Shown here: in pieces, positions 1 through 10,367 of the stretch
How positions within the stretch are numbered: the stretch's first letter is position 1
Layout: every line of letters starts with the position of its first letter
Assembly: GCF_000015145.1 (NCBI RefSeq)
Contig: NC_008818.1
Span: 990,001 to 1,022,000 of the forward strand
Reading direction: 5' to 3'
Length of the DNA stretch: 32,000 nt
Source: Hyperthermus butylicus DSM 5456
GTDB taxonomy: Archaea > Thermoproteota > Thermoprotei_A > Sulfolobales > Pyrodictiaceae
Notes under the pieces: model-generated
Told to the model about the DNA's origin: nothing
The model's input: the letters and a program-made list of their open reading frames with translations, nothing else
Database searches by the model: none
Position numbers and translations under genes: made by a program

Positions 1-174
1 AGGTCCGCCCATCGCTCCTCACGGGGCCGCCACTCTCCTACATACCCGGCTACAACAGCTATTATAGCTGCTGCCCGCAGCCTCCAACTCCGGGGGAGGA
101 GTGGGGCCGATGAAGCACTATGGTAGCGGGTATGGGGAGGCCAGCCGTTGACCGGCACGCCGGCCCCCGAGGCC

Positions 175-744
175 CTAGCAGGTAACCTCATCTATTTCCA
201 TTCCGTGGTTCTTGTTTATCTCGTGTTGGAGCAGGTAGAGCAGATCGCTGAGCCTATTGAGGAGACGGGCTGGAAGCTCCACTTGGCCCTGCGGGAGCCC
301 TACCTCCCATACACAGCGCCAGAATGCTCTCTCAGCCCGCCTTGTAACAGCCCTTGCAAGTGATACGGCAGCAGCTGCTGGGTGGCCCCCATTCAGTTTG
401 AACGTTGGCTCAAGGTTCTGGGAGAGCTTCTCCACCAGGCTTTCAACCCACTTGAGGTCTTCGGGGCCTAGACAGGTGCGGCCATTAATGGTGAAGCCTA
501 TACGGAAGAGTAGTTGCTGAACCTTCTTTAGTATGATGGCTATGTGTCTATTCCTCTTGTCGAGCCACTCTAGAATGCTCATTGCCAGTCCTATAGCTGC
601 TTCAGCCTCGTCGAGGGTGCCGACAAATTCTACACAAGGGTGAGACTTGGGAACCCAGCCAGCGCAGGGTACGAATGTGTAGCCGCTATCACCGAGGCCG
701 GTGGAGAGTTTTAGCCCTAGTCTTTGCTCTACTGGCACAACCAC
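175..744 (-). CDS. ATP:cob(I)alamin adenosyltransferase, PduO-type
   Basis: 189-aa ORF with a GTG start. It has an N-terminal 'GDSGYT' stretch, 'VGTLDEAEAAIG', 'HPAAAAVSLARAVTRRAERA' and a C-terminal 'LNRLSDLLYLL', the helix-bundle motifs I associate with the PduO/MMAB family. Confidence 0.75.
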   Translation of the reverse strand: MVVPVEQRLGLKLSTGLGDSGYTFVPCAGWVPKSHPCVEFVGTLDEAEAAIGLAMSILEWLDKRNRHIAIILKKVQQLLFRIGFTINGRTCLGPEDLKWVESLVEKLSQNLEPTFKLNGGHPAAAAVSLARAVTRRAERAFWRCVWEVGLPQGQVELPARLLNRLSDLLYLLQHEINKNHGMEIDEVTC

Positions 745-861
745 CGCCGTTAAAGCATTGGCCTACACGGTGGTTTTACGGGGTTTAGGGTACATCGCTG
801 TTATTTGGTGCCAGAGGTTTTGCAACTATTTAACACTTAGTATCTAACGGTTTTCAATATG

Positions 862-867
862 TTTAAA
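862..867 (+). promoter_or_regulatory. TATA-like box (TTTAAA) upstream of the oxidoreductase operon
   Basis: AT-rich island in the 187-bp divergent intergenic region, ~65 nt upstream of the TTG start. Confidence 0.35.
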
Positions 868-931
868 GGGATGTTTGGCTGCGTTGGTACATGGAAGTAA
901 CGGCCAACTTTCGATGAAGGTGTAGCTCGGC

Positions 932-3808
<2,877 letters not shown>

Positions 3809-3809
3809 C

Positions 3810-3814
3810 TTTTT
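3810..3814 (+). terminator. oligo-T tract immediately after the oxidoreductase beta stop
   Basis: T5 begins 2 nt after the TAG, and further T-tracts lie at 3857-3868. Archaeal RNAP terminates at oligo-T. Confidence 0.4.
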
Positions 3815-3993
3815 ATCACTATAGTGGGCTGTATGTCGTGTCCTCTCTAACCATAGTTTTGTTTTATTGGCGTGTGCTGCAGAGATACCATGTGGAAACC
3901 CTTTAGCCCCTCTACCCGGAATCCCAGTAAGCATATGGGGCTCCTCCTAGAGCCACCCATGAGTCCTCGGTATGCCGGGGGGCGCAGCTACCC

Positions 3994-4506
3994 TTGGAGG
4001 CTGAGACTGAGGTTACGAGTAAGCGGCAGGGCTTAGGGTTTATTGTTAGACGTGCCAGACCTGAGGATCTGCCGAAGGTTATAATGATAAACAAGGTTAC
4101 ATTGCCAGAACATTACCCCGAGTGGTTTTGGCGCGAGCATCTCGAGAAGTGGGGCGAAGCGTTCTTCGTAGCAGAGGTTGACGGAGAGGTTGTAGGCTAC
4201 GTCATGACCCGTGTGGAGTATGGGCCTCCGTTTGTTGCTAAAGGGCTCATAGTCAAGAAGGGCCATATCGTCTCGATAGCTGTGCTTGAGGGGTATCGTA
4301 GACGTGGTATAGGCAGGGCCCTTATGGAGGCTGCTATGGAGGCTTTGAAGACAAGGTATGGCTGTAAAGAGGTCTACCTCGAGGTTAGGGTCTCGAATAA
4401 CCCGGCTATAAGGCTCTACGAGAAGCTTGGTTTTAAGAAGGTGAAGGTGCTACACATGTACTATCTTGACGGCGAAGACGCATACCTCATGGCTCGCGAA
4501 CTCTAG
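3994..4506 (+). CDS. ard1: N-alpha-acetyltransferase, GNAT family (archaeal Ard1/Naa10-like)
   Basis: 170-aa ORF with a TTG start. It appears collinear with my recollection of Sulfolobus Ard1: 'INKVTLPEHYP', 'GHIVSIAVLEGYRRRGIG', 'EVYLEVRVSNNPAIRLYEKLGFKKVKVL..YYLDGEDAYLMA'. Confidence 0.85.
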   Translation: MEAETEVTSKRQGLGFIVRRARPEDLPKVIMINKVTLPEHYPEWFWREHLEKWGEAFFVAEVDGEVVGYVMTRVEYGPPFVAKGLIVKKGHIVSIAVLEGYRRRGIGRALMEAAMEALKTRYGCKEVYLEVRVSNNPAIRLYEKLGFKKVKVLHMYYLDGEDAYLMAREL

Positions 4507-4570
4507 CCCCATCTAGCACCCCATGTTTATAAGTTCTAACCCGACTGTAAATCTTCACGGATTGAGTGTC

Positions 4571-5971
4571 ATGCAACACTTGAGGGTAAAGATTATAGCC
4601 TCTATAGGCCCTTCATCCGGCTCTCCCGAGGTCATACTCAGGCTTGCAGAGCTTGGTGTTAGCGGCTTCCGCATAAACTTCGCCCATGGTGAGCCGAGTC
4701 TTTGGCGTGAATGGGCTGAGTATGTTAGAGAGGCTGAACGCAAGACTGGGAGGCCGCTAGCCCTTATAGGTGACTTGGTGGGTCCTTCAATCAGGCTTGG
4801 AAGGGTGAAGAATCCGATTAAGCTTAACGCGGGAGACAGGGCTGAGTTTAGATGTGTTGAGGAGAGCGAAGGCGGAGATACGAAGATCATACCGCTGCCC
4901 GTAAGGAGGGTCTACGAGGTTCTCGATGAAGGCGACTTAATAGTCATGGATGACGGTAGGGTTAGGCTTAGGGTTCTCGAGGTATCCGGATATAGTGCTA
5001 TTGTTGAGGCATTAACACCAGCGACTATAACGTCCAGAAAGGCTATAGCTATAAGAGGTAAGGATCCGGGCCTCCCAACACTCTCCCAGCGGGATGTCGA
5101 GCATGTAAAGTTCGCCCTTGACAATGGCTTTGACTACATAGCTCTTAGCCATGTTCGCACTCGTGACGACGTTGACGCGCTTCGTCTCATCGTTCTGCGG
5201 GAGGGCGGTGACGCGGGTATAGCCGTAAAGATAGAGAATAAGTCGGCAGTAGAGAACCTACAAGACATCATTCGTGCAGCAGATCTCGTAGTTGTCGCGC
5301 GCGGAGACCTAGGGATGACGTATGGTCTTGAGGAGGTTCCAGTACTCCAGGAGCGTATCGTAGCTGCAGCTAGAAGTGTAGGTAAACCCGTCATAGTCGC
5401 TACACAGCTTCTAGAATCGATGATCGAAAACCCTGTCCCAACCAGGGCTGAGGTTACAGACGTGTATGTTGCGGTGCGGCAAGGTGTGGATGGCCTTATG
5501 CTTACCGGCGAGACAGCTATTGGACGCTACCCAATTGAAGCTATCCGCTGGTTAAGGAAGATTATTACTCGAGCTGAACAGGTACTACACATTGAACGTT
5601 ATACCCCCAAGGATAAGAGATGGGCATACGCTGCAAGCATTGTCGAGACTGCGGAGAAGCTTTCGGCCGCTCTTATTCTCGTCTATAGTATAACCGGCAG
5701 CCTACCCCCATGGATAGCGGCTTCTCGTCCGATGGTGCCTGTTGTAATCGGTACAGGCAGCCCCCAGAGAGCACGTAGGCTAGCCGTGCTGTGGGGACTT
5801 GATGTCCGCATAGTGGAGGCTGGAGGTTACGAGGAGGGCCTAGCTAAGCTCGAGGATGTGTTGAGCGAAGAGGGTTTACTATCGGAGGGCGACGTCATTG
5901 TTGAGGCTTACCGTGAAACAGAGCATAAGCAAGTAATTGTCGTTAAAAGGGTCTTTAAAGGGCTTACTTGA
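4571..5971 (+). CDS. pyk: pyruvate kinase
   Basis: Motifs KIIASIGP, RINFAHG, GPSIRLG, VARGDLG, ATQLLESM, PTRAEVTDV..GLMLTGETAIGRYP. The ORF opens at 4523, but ATG 4571 (MQHLRVKII..) matches the usual N-terminus. Confidence 0.85.
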   Translation: MQHLRVKIIASIGPSSGSPEVILRLAELGVSGFRINFAHGEPSLWREWAEYVREAERKTGRPLALIGDLVGPSIRLGRVKNPIKLNAGDRAEFRCVEESEGGDTKIIPLPVRRVYEVLDEGDLIVMDDGRVRLRVLEVSGYSAIVEALTPATITSRKAIAIRGKDPGLPTLSQRDVEHVKFALDNGFDYIALSHVRTRDDVDALRLIVLREGGDAGIAVKIENKSAVENLQDIIRAADLVVVARGDLGMTYGLEEVPVLQERIVAAARSVGKPVIVATQLLESMIENPVPTRAEVTDVYVAVRQGVDGLMLTGETAIGRYPIEAIRWLRKIITRAEQVLHIERYTPKDKRWAYAASIVETAEKLSAALILVYSITGSLPPWIAASRPMVPVVIGTGSPQRARRLAVLWGLDVRIVEAGGYEEGLAKLEDVLSEEGLLSEGDVIVEAYRETEHKQVIVVKRVFKGLT

Positions 5972-6287
5972 GTCCAAGCTTTTTCAGTGCATAGTATATC
6001 GTTGACTCCGGGCGGCCTAGCTGCCTAGCTATCTCATAGACCGTTGCGCCCTTGAGATATAGCTCGCGTATTGGTGCTAGCTCCTCCTCTGTCAGCCTCC
6101 TATGTTGCCGGTACCTACCCTTCCTCCTTTTAATTCTGCCCATGGCTTCAAGCTTTTCTAGCGCCTTGTACACAGTGCTCATGCTATTGTTGCACCTCTT
6201 AGCAATCTCTTTGACCGGTACGCCGTCCTTGTAGAGCTTCTCGACTATGTCAAGGCAGTCGTTAACGGAGGGCAAGGCTTGTCCCAC
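5964..6287 (-). CDS. DNA-binding protein with two tandem helix-turn-helix units
   Basis: 107-aa ORF with an internal duplication: 'IVEKLYKDGVPVKEIAKRCNNSMSTVYKALEKL' versus 'IRELYLKGATVYEIARQLGRPESTIYYALKKL'. A basic linker (RRKGRYRQHRR) joins the units. Its stop overlaps the pyk stop by 8 nt, convergently. Confidence 0.6.
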   Translation of the reverse strand: MGQALPSVNDCLDIVEKLYKDGVPVKEIAKRCNNSMSTVYKALEKLEAMGRIKRRKGRYRQHRRLTEEELAPIRELYLKGATVYEIARQLGRPESTIYYALKKLGLK

Positions 6288-6487
6288 AAAGCCTGGGACT
6301 GCAAAAAGGGTTTTTCAGCATTCGGTTCCACGCGTCCTGTACCGATATGCGGGGCCCGGTTTCGTGGGCGTAACCTGGCTTTTCAGCGTGTGAAGGATAA
6401 CACTAAAAACCTCTAGCGAGAACGTATAGAGAGTTGACTGAGCAAGCCACATGAGCAGCCCTATGCAGTGCATGGGGTGCGTATGTC

Positions 6488-6745
6488 GTGGCTGTTGGGG
6501 AGGGAAGGGTTGTAGCCTTTGTGCTTTGTGTAACCGAGATCGGTAAGGAGTACGAGGTTGTAGAGAAGATCAAGGATATAGCGAGGCAGGTTGGCGTTGA
6601 GGTCGAGGCCTATGTAGTCTATGGTGAGTACGATGTTGCGGTAAAAATCGTAGCTGATAATCTCAAAAAGATAGACAAGGCTGTTACTATGATTAGGAGT
6701 ATACCGAGTATAATGAGGACCGTCACCCTCATAGCTGCCGAGTAG
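6488..6745 (+). CDS. stand-alone Lrp/AsnC-type ligand-binding (RAM) domain protein
   Basis: 85-aa ORF with a GTG start. The beta-alpha-beta-beta-alpha-beta pattern 'AFVLCVTEIGKEYEVVEKIKDI..VEAYVVYGEYDVAVKIV..KIDKAVTMIRSIPSIMRTVTLIA' is typical of AsnC_trans_reg domains. There is no HTH part. Confidence 0.6.
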   Translation: MAVGEGRVVAFVLCVTEIGKEYEVVEKIKDIARQVGVEVEAYVVYGEYDVAVKIVADNLKKIDKAVTMIRSIPSIMRTVTLIAAE

Positions 6746-6787
6746 GCATGGAGATTCCGTGACAATCGTGTATCCTCCTTTTTCCCG

Positions 6788-7624
6788 GTGGCTAGCTCGC
6801 ATTTATTCTCCGGGGACTTACTGTTGGGTTGGGGATTGCTTGGCCCGGGCATCCATAGCTTTTGCGGCCAGCAACTAGTTGTTGAAGAGCTGTCCAGGGG
6901 CATCTGTAGGTATCGTAGGCCTAGCGGTGCCGTCCAAAAGCTAGTACCATGTGAGGGTCTTCACGTGTATCCGCAGCCACCGGTTTATTATCCGGAACAT
7001 GTAACCAGCTATGTTATGGTCAGGTTTGAGGAGCCGATAGTAGTCGACAAGGGTGCTTCTACCAACTTTTGGGTCCACATAGACTTCGACGTCGTTGTTG
7101 TCGCGGGCTCCGAGGAGGATCCTGCAAGAGTAGTTGATGCGTTCCCGTCGACAGGCAGGGGAAAGTATGCGCTATATGGACCGCCCAACCGTGGACTACT
7201 TGCAAGGTATGTTCGTGCGCAACCGCTCATGGAGCCCGTAACCGAGCAGTGCCGTGGCCTTGCACGCGTCGTGATCGTCAACCAGGGGTTGCAAGCAGTT
7301 GAGGTTACGCGGGTTGTCTTCCCGGCGCTACACGCGCCAGTCTACTTTGATGAACAAGGCGCTGTTTACTATCCTGAGATCCGTGTGGTGGCTACAAGCT
7401 ATTTTTCCAGCCATAGTAAGCGTTTCCGACAAGCCGCCCAGCCGGGGGCTACGGAGGGCGCCGCTGCTTGCAAAACCCAGAAGCATAGTCGGCGTACATG
7501 GGGTAGGGCTTATCCGCTCCCCAAGCTACGTAATGGCTCACGGTCTATAACGGATTCGAGAGGCAACTCAGCATGGTGGGGTCTGGTAAAAAGAGTAGAG
7601 CCAGTCCTAGCCAGGGCACCATAA
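6788..7624 (+). CDS. conserved hypothetical protein (possibly DUF432-like); 3' end uncertain
   Basis: 278-aa ORF with a GTG start. The core 'VMVRFEEPIVVDKGASTNFWVHIDFDVVVV..GKYALYGPPNRG..ARVVIVNQG' looks like a genuine beta-rich protein. The last ~75 aa are R/S/W-rich and unconvincing (see finding). Confidence 0.45.
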   Translation: MASSHLFSGDLLLGWGLLGPGIHSFCGQQLVVEELSRGICRYRRPSGAVQKLVPCEGLHVYPQPPVYYPEHVTSYVMVRFEEPIVVDKGASTNFWVHIDFDVVVVAGSEEDPARVVDAFPSTGRGKYALYGPPNRGLLARYVRAQPLMEPVTEQCRGLARVVIVNQGLQAVEVTRVVFPALHAPVYFDEQGAVYYPEIRVVATSYFSSHSKRFRQAAQPGATEGAAACKTQKHSRRTWGRAYPLPKLRNGSRSITDSRGNSAWWGLVKRVEPVLARAP

Positions 7625-7702
7625 GGCATTGTGTCGCCGAGGCCTGGAGGTAAAGTAGCTTCTGAGGATTGTAGGTCCGGTTCGAGGAAGGGGCTGCTGG
7701 GA

Positions 7703-9061
7703 CTAGCTACTACATGGCTTGTAGATATAGCCTTGAAGCACTACGCCAATGCTGTAGTCCACAAAGTATGTATTGTCGTCGCCTATGAGTGCTATGCTTG
7801 TAGCTACTACCGGTAGTGGGGGGTCTGTGCGTATGTTGGCGATGCCTGCATCAGTGAGGTATGGGTTCTGGGTGTACCCCATTACTACTAGGATTTTGTC
7901 TGGTGGCGCAGTAATGTTGAACTGTACAAATACTCTGTCGTTTCTCTCATAGTATAGCACTATACCGTTGAGTAGTCGTGCTCGTAAAACTAGGAGGCGG
8001 TAGGGGAGGCTTCGATCCTCCATATTATTGTAGGCGTAGTGTATTGATAGTGTTACATCGTCAATTGTCGTATTTACTTTGAGGATACTGTATTTCTCTG
8101 CTTGGCCTAGCTCTATCCATGTGCCGTTGGGGAATACTAGCCATGCGAGCAGCTTGGACTTGAGAGTATAGTATATTGTCACCACGGCTCCTAGGCCTGG
8201 GATGTACACTATATCGTCTACGAGATAGTATTTGAACCACCAGTATCTGTTGCAAGCGTTGGTGAGGGGTGTAGTGTTTACTCCGAGGCGCTCCAGCATT
8301 GTGAGGGGCTTTGGTGTTGCCCAGCCTGTAGGGTTATTGTATATGAGGCCGCTGGCGCATATGTTGTACTCGTCTCCGTCTATTGTGCCGCTGTTGTAGG
8401 CGTCGTAGTATGCTGCAGCTAGTAGAGTGTTGAGCTTCCCCCCGGGTATGTAGCCCCGGTAGGCTTCTGGATCACTCGTTATATTGTAGACCACTGGGTC
8501 CAGGTACCAACTACAATTTGTCATGTTTGAATATATGGATGTGAGGTTTAGGCAGAGTTGTGGCTCCAAGAGTTCGGTGGCGCGTACGATCCTGCCGCTA
8601 AGACAGAGCCCTGCTTTGGTCGGGTCAATCTCGTAACTGTAAAGCCAAAGAGACTCCCCACGGACAAGTATTACGACCGGCTCATTGCATGGCAGCTCCA
8701 GCAGGGCGGTATTATTCACTACGGGGGCCCTAGCGATAGGCCTGCGGCTTGCTACGCTGTAGGCTATGACCTCAGAGGCCTTGTGGCCCATAGCTATGGG
8801 TTTTATGGTAAGCCTTACTGGGAGCACATTGTTGATGCATTCATCTGAGAGGGGAACTAGCTCCATGCGTGGCGGTACTGCTGCAGCGGCGGCGTGCACG
8901 GCAGCTCTCACGGTAGTCTTGGTAGCGGAGACCACGTATGCAGCTATTAGCGTAAGCGAGAGCGTAGATATGAGCGCGACTATAAGCGCTGATACTACGC
9001 CTCCAACACCCTTCAGCTGCAAGCCTCTATTACACCCAGTAAGGGGGCCTCTTCCAGGCAC
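7703..9061 (-). CDS. secreted glycoprotein with prepilin-like (class III) signal peptide
   Basis: 452-aa ORF. The N-terminus '..RGLQLKG|VGGVVSALIVALISTLSLTLIAAYVV' fits the archaeal [KR]G-cleavage motif followed by ~25 hydrophobic residues. An alternative TTG start at 9022 would give 'MQLKG|V..'. It carries 9 N-x-S/T sequons and 9 Cys, has no other TM segment, and is beta-rich. Confidence 0.6.
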   Translation of the reverse strand: MPGRGPLTGCNRGLQLKGVGGVVSALIVALISTLSLTLIAAYVVSATKTTVRAAVHAAAAAVPPRMELVPLSDECINNVLPVRLTIKPIAMGHKASEVIAYSVASRRPIARAPVVNNTALLELPCNEPVVILVRGESLWLYSYEIDPTKAGLCLSGRIVRATELLEPQLCLNLTSIYSNMTNCSWYLDPVVYNITSDPEAYRGYIPGGKLNTLLAAAYYDAYNSGTIDGDEYNICASGLIYNNPTGWATPKPLTMLERLGVNTTPLTNACNRYWWFKYYLVDDIVYIPGLGAVVTIYYTLKSKLLAWLVFPNGTWIELGQAEKYSILKVNTTIDDVTLSIHYAYNNMEDRSLPYRLLVLRARLLNGIVLYYERNDRVFVQFNITAPPDKILVVMGYTQNPYLTDAGIANIRTDPPLPVVATSIALIGDDNTYFVDYSIGVVLQGYIYKPCSS

Positions 9062-9112
9062 GGCTGGGATGGGGACTAAGTCGTAACTATTGGCTGGAGG
9101 CGTCCCAGTGGG

Positions 9113-9595
9113 CTATTCGTGGCCTAGCTCTATCACGATAACCTTCTCCCTCTCGACAACCCGAAGTCCATAGCCCGAGGCGAGCCCCACGACGTAGCCT
9201 ACTAGGGGGTCTTTGCTACCGCGGAAGATGAGGACGCGGTTATAATCAACGATGCCTAAGCCTAGACGGTCGGTTATGAGGGATATCAGCTCTGAAACGT
9301 CAAGCCCAAGCTCCCTTAGCGCGGCTCCCAGGCGCTCGCCCTCAACCCTAGCCTCCCTGGTTCCGGCCCCGAGGAGGGTGCGGGGCACCGGTACGGCGCC
9401 AAGTCGGGCGAGAGCCTCGAATAACAATGCACGCCTTATGAGGCTGGGTGCGTGGAACCCCCTTTCCTCAGCCTCTGCAGCCGCCTCCACGAGGCTCCTA
9501 ACGTATCCTGATATGGTGACGCCGTAGCGGGTGGCTAGCTCCTGGAGAATCCTTGCATGCTCCTCGTCGAGCATAATGCTTTTACGCCGGGGCAA
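9113..9595 (-). CDS. ribbon-helix-helix (CopG-like) domain protein, paralog B
   Basis: 160-aa ORF. The N-terminal 'KSIMLDEEHARILQELATRYGVTISGYVRSLVE' follows an RHH pattern. It shares 'ALARLGAVPVP' and a C-terminal alpha/beta domain with the upstream gene. Confidence 0.6.
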   Translation of the reverse strand: MPRRKSIMLDEEHARILQELATRYGVTISGYVRSLVEAAAEAEERGFHAPSLIRRALLFEALARLGAVPVPRTLLGAGTREARVEGERLGAALRELGLDVSELISLITDRLGLGIVDYNRVLIFRGSKDPLVGYVVGLASGYGLRVVEREKVIVIELGHE

Positions 9596-9597
9596 GG

Positions 9598-10173
9598 CTA
9601 ACCAGCCGCCTTAAACCTTACAACCACGAGGCCTGGAGACTCATCACCACCATTGACGGCTAGGCCGAAACCCTCTACTACGCCAGAGACAATGGCATGT
9701 ACAAACCTCCTTATACGACTCCCAGATAGTACAGGCGATGCAACAACAATTTTTCCCGATTTACCCTCGTCAACTATGTCCACAGCCATGCCTGGCAGCA
9801 GAGCCCTCAGAACCATCGCCAAAGCGAAATTATCGTCGAGGCCCCTAGCGCGGGTAGATGCAGCAACAAGGCTGGCAAGTCTCGCAACGCTAGAGGTGAA
9901 CTCCTCTACTGCATCATCCTCTGCCCTCTCCAGGACTCGAGCAAGAGCCTCCAATGGCACCGGAGCCATACCCAGCCGTGCCACGTCTGCAAGTACGGCG
10001 CTATCAGATAGCACCGAGGCAACATCATCGCGGCTCCGGAGGATACGGACAGCCTGGCTCAGAATAGTCTCAACTAGCTCTGGAACACTCATACCAGCTC
10101 TCCTAGCAATAGGTGTAAGCTCTTCAACAAGCCGTTCACTCACTGGTATAAGCCTCCTAGACCCCTTCGGCAC
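9598..10173 (-). CDS. ribbon-helix-helix-like domain protein, paralog A
   Basis: 191-aa ORF ending 2 nt before the next gene. 'RLIPVSERLVEELTPIARRAGMSVPELVETILSQAV' follows an RHH pattern, and 'DVARLGMAPVP' aligns with paralog B. Confidence 0.55.
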   Translation of the reverse strand: MPKGSRRLIPVSERLVEELTPIARRAGMSVPELVETILSQAVRILRSRDDVASVLSDSAVLADVARLGMAPVPLEALARVLERAEDDAVEEFTSSVARLASLVAASTRARGLDDNFALAMVLRALLPGMAVDIVDEGKSGKIVVASPVLSGSRIRRFVHAIVSGVVEGFGLAVNGGDESPGLVVVRFKAAG

Positions 10174-10367
10174 TCACAACCCACCCTAGCCGCTCAACCG
10201 TCACGCCCATACACTACTCAGACCCGGTCCATGATAAGAGGTTCCCGCTCCAACACCCATTTTACACAACACTGCATGCAAGAGTAGGCACACCCGCCTT
10301 AAACCCCCACCAACCCGCTAACACCACCGGCCGGAAAGGTAAAGCCCAGAAAGAGGTGTAGCTCGGC

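Noticed and set aside
1-174. Possible partial genes at the left edge (plus frame ending at 112; minus frame from GTG 158; minus ATG at 12)
   Set aside because: All candidate translations are short and compositionally odd (P/W/R/C-rich). There is not enough sequence to support any call.
6288-6487. Possible small RNA (C/D-box or tRNA-like) and recurring 'TTTTCAGC' motif in the 200-bp intergenic region
   Set aside because: There is no canonical C box (RUGAUGA) and D box (CUGA) pair at correct spacing, and no tRNA T-arm consensus. The short motif and the A5/T5 imperfect hairpin at ~6299-6319 are within chance expectation.
3831-6490. Shared 10-mer GTATGTCGTG at 3831-3840 and 6481-6490
   Set aside because: Hundreds of 10-mer coincidences are expected in 32 kb, so it is not significant.
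6461-6903. 113-aa and 94-aa minus-strand ORFs overlapping the RAM-domain gene and the next gene's start
   Set aside because: They overlap better-supported plus-strand genes, and their sequences lack domain-like patterns.
9653-10189. 178-aa plus-strand ORF antisense to RHH paralog A
   Set aside because: The product is low-complexity and S/T/A/R/P-rich with no start context. This is typical of stop-free antisense frames in GC-rich coding DNA, and the minus-strand product has a clear RHH pattern and a paralog.
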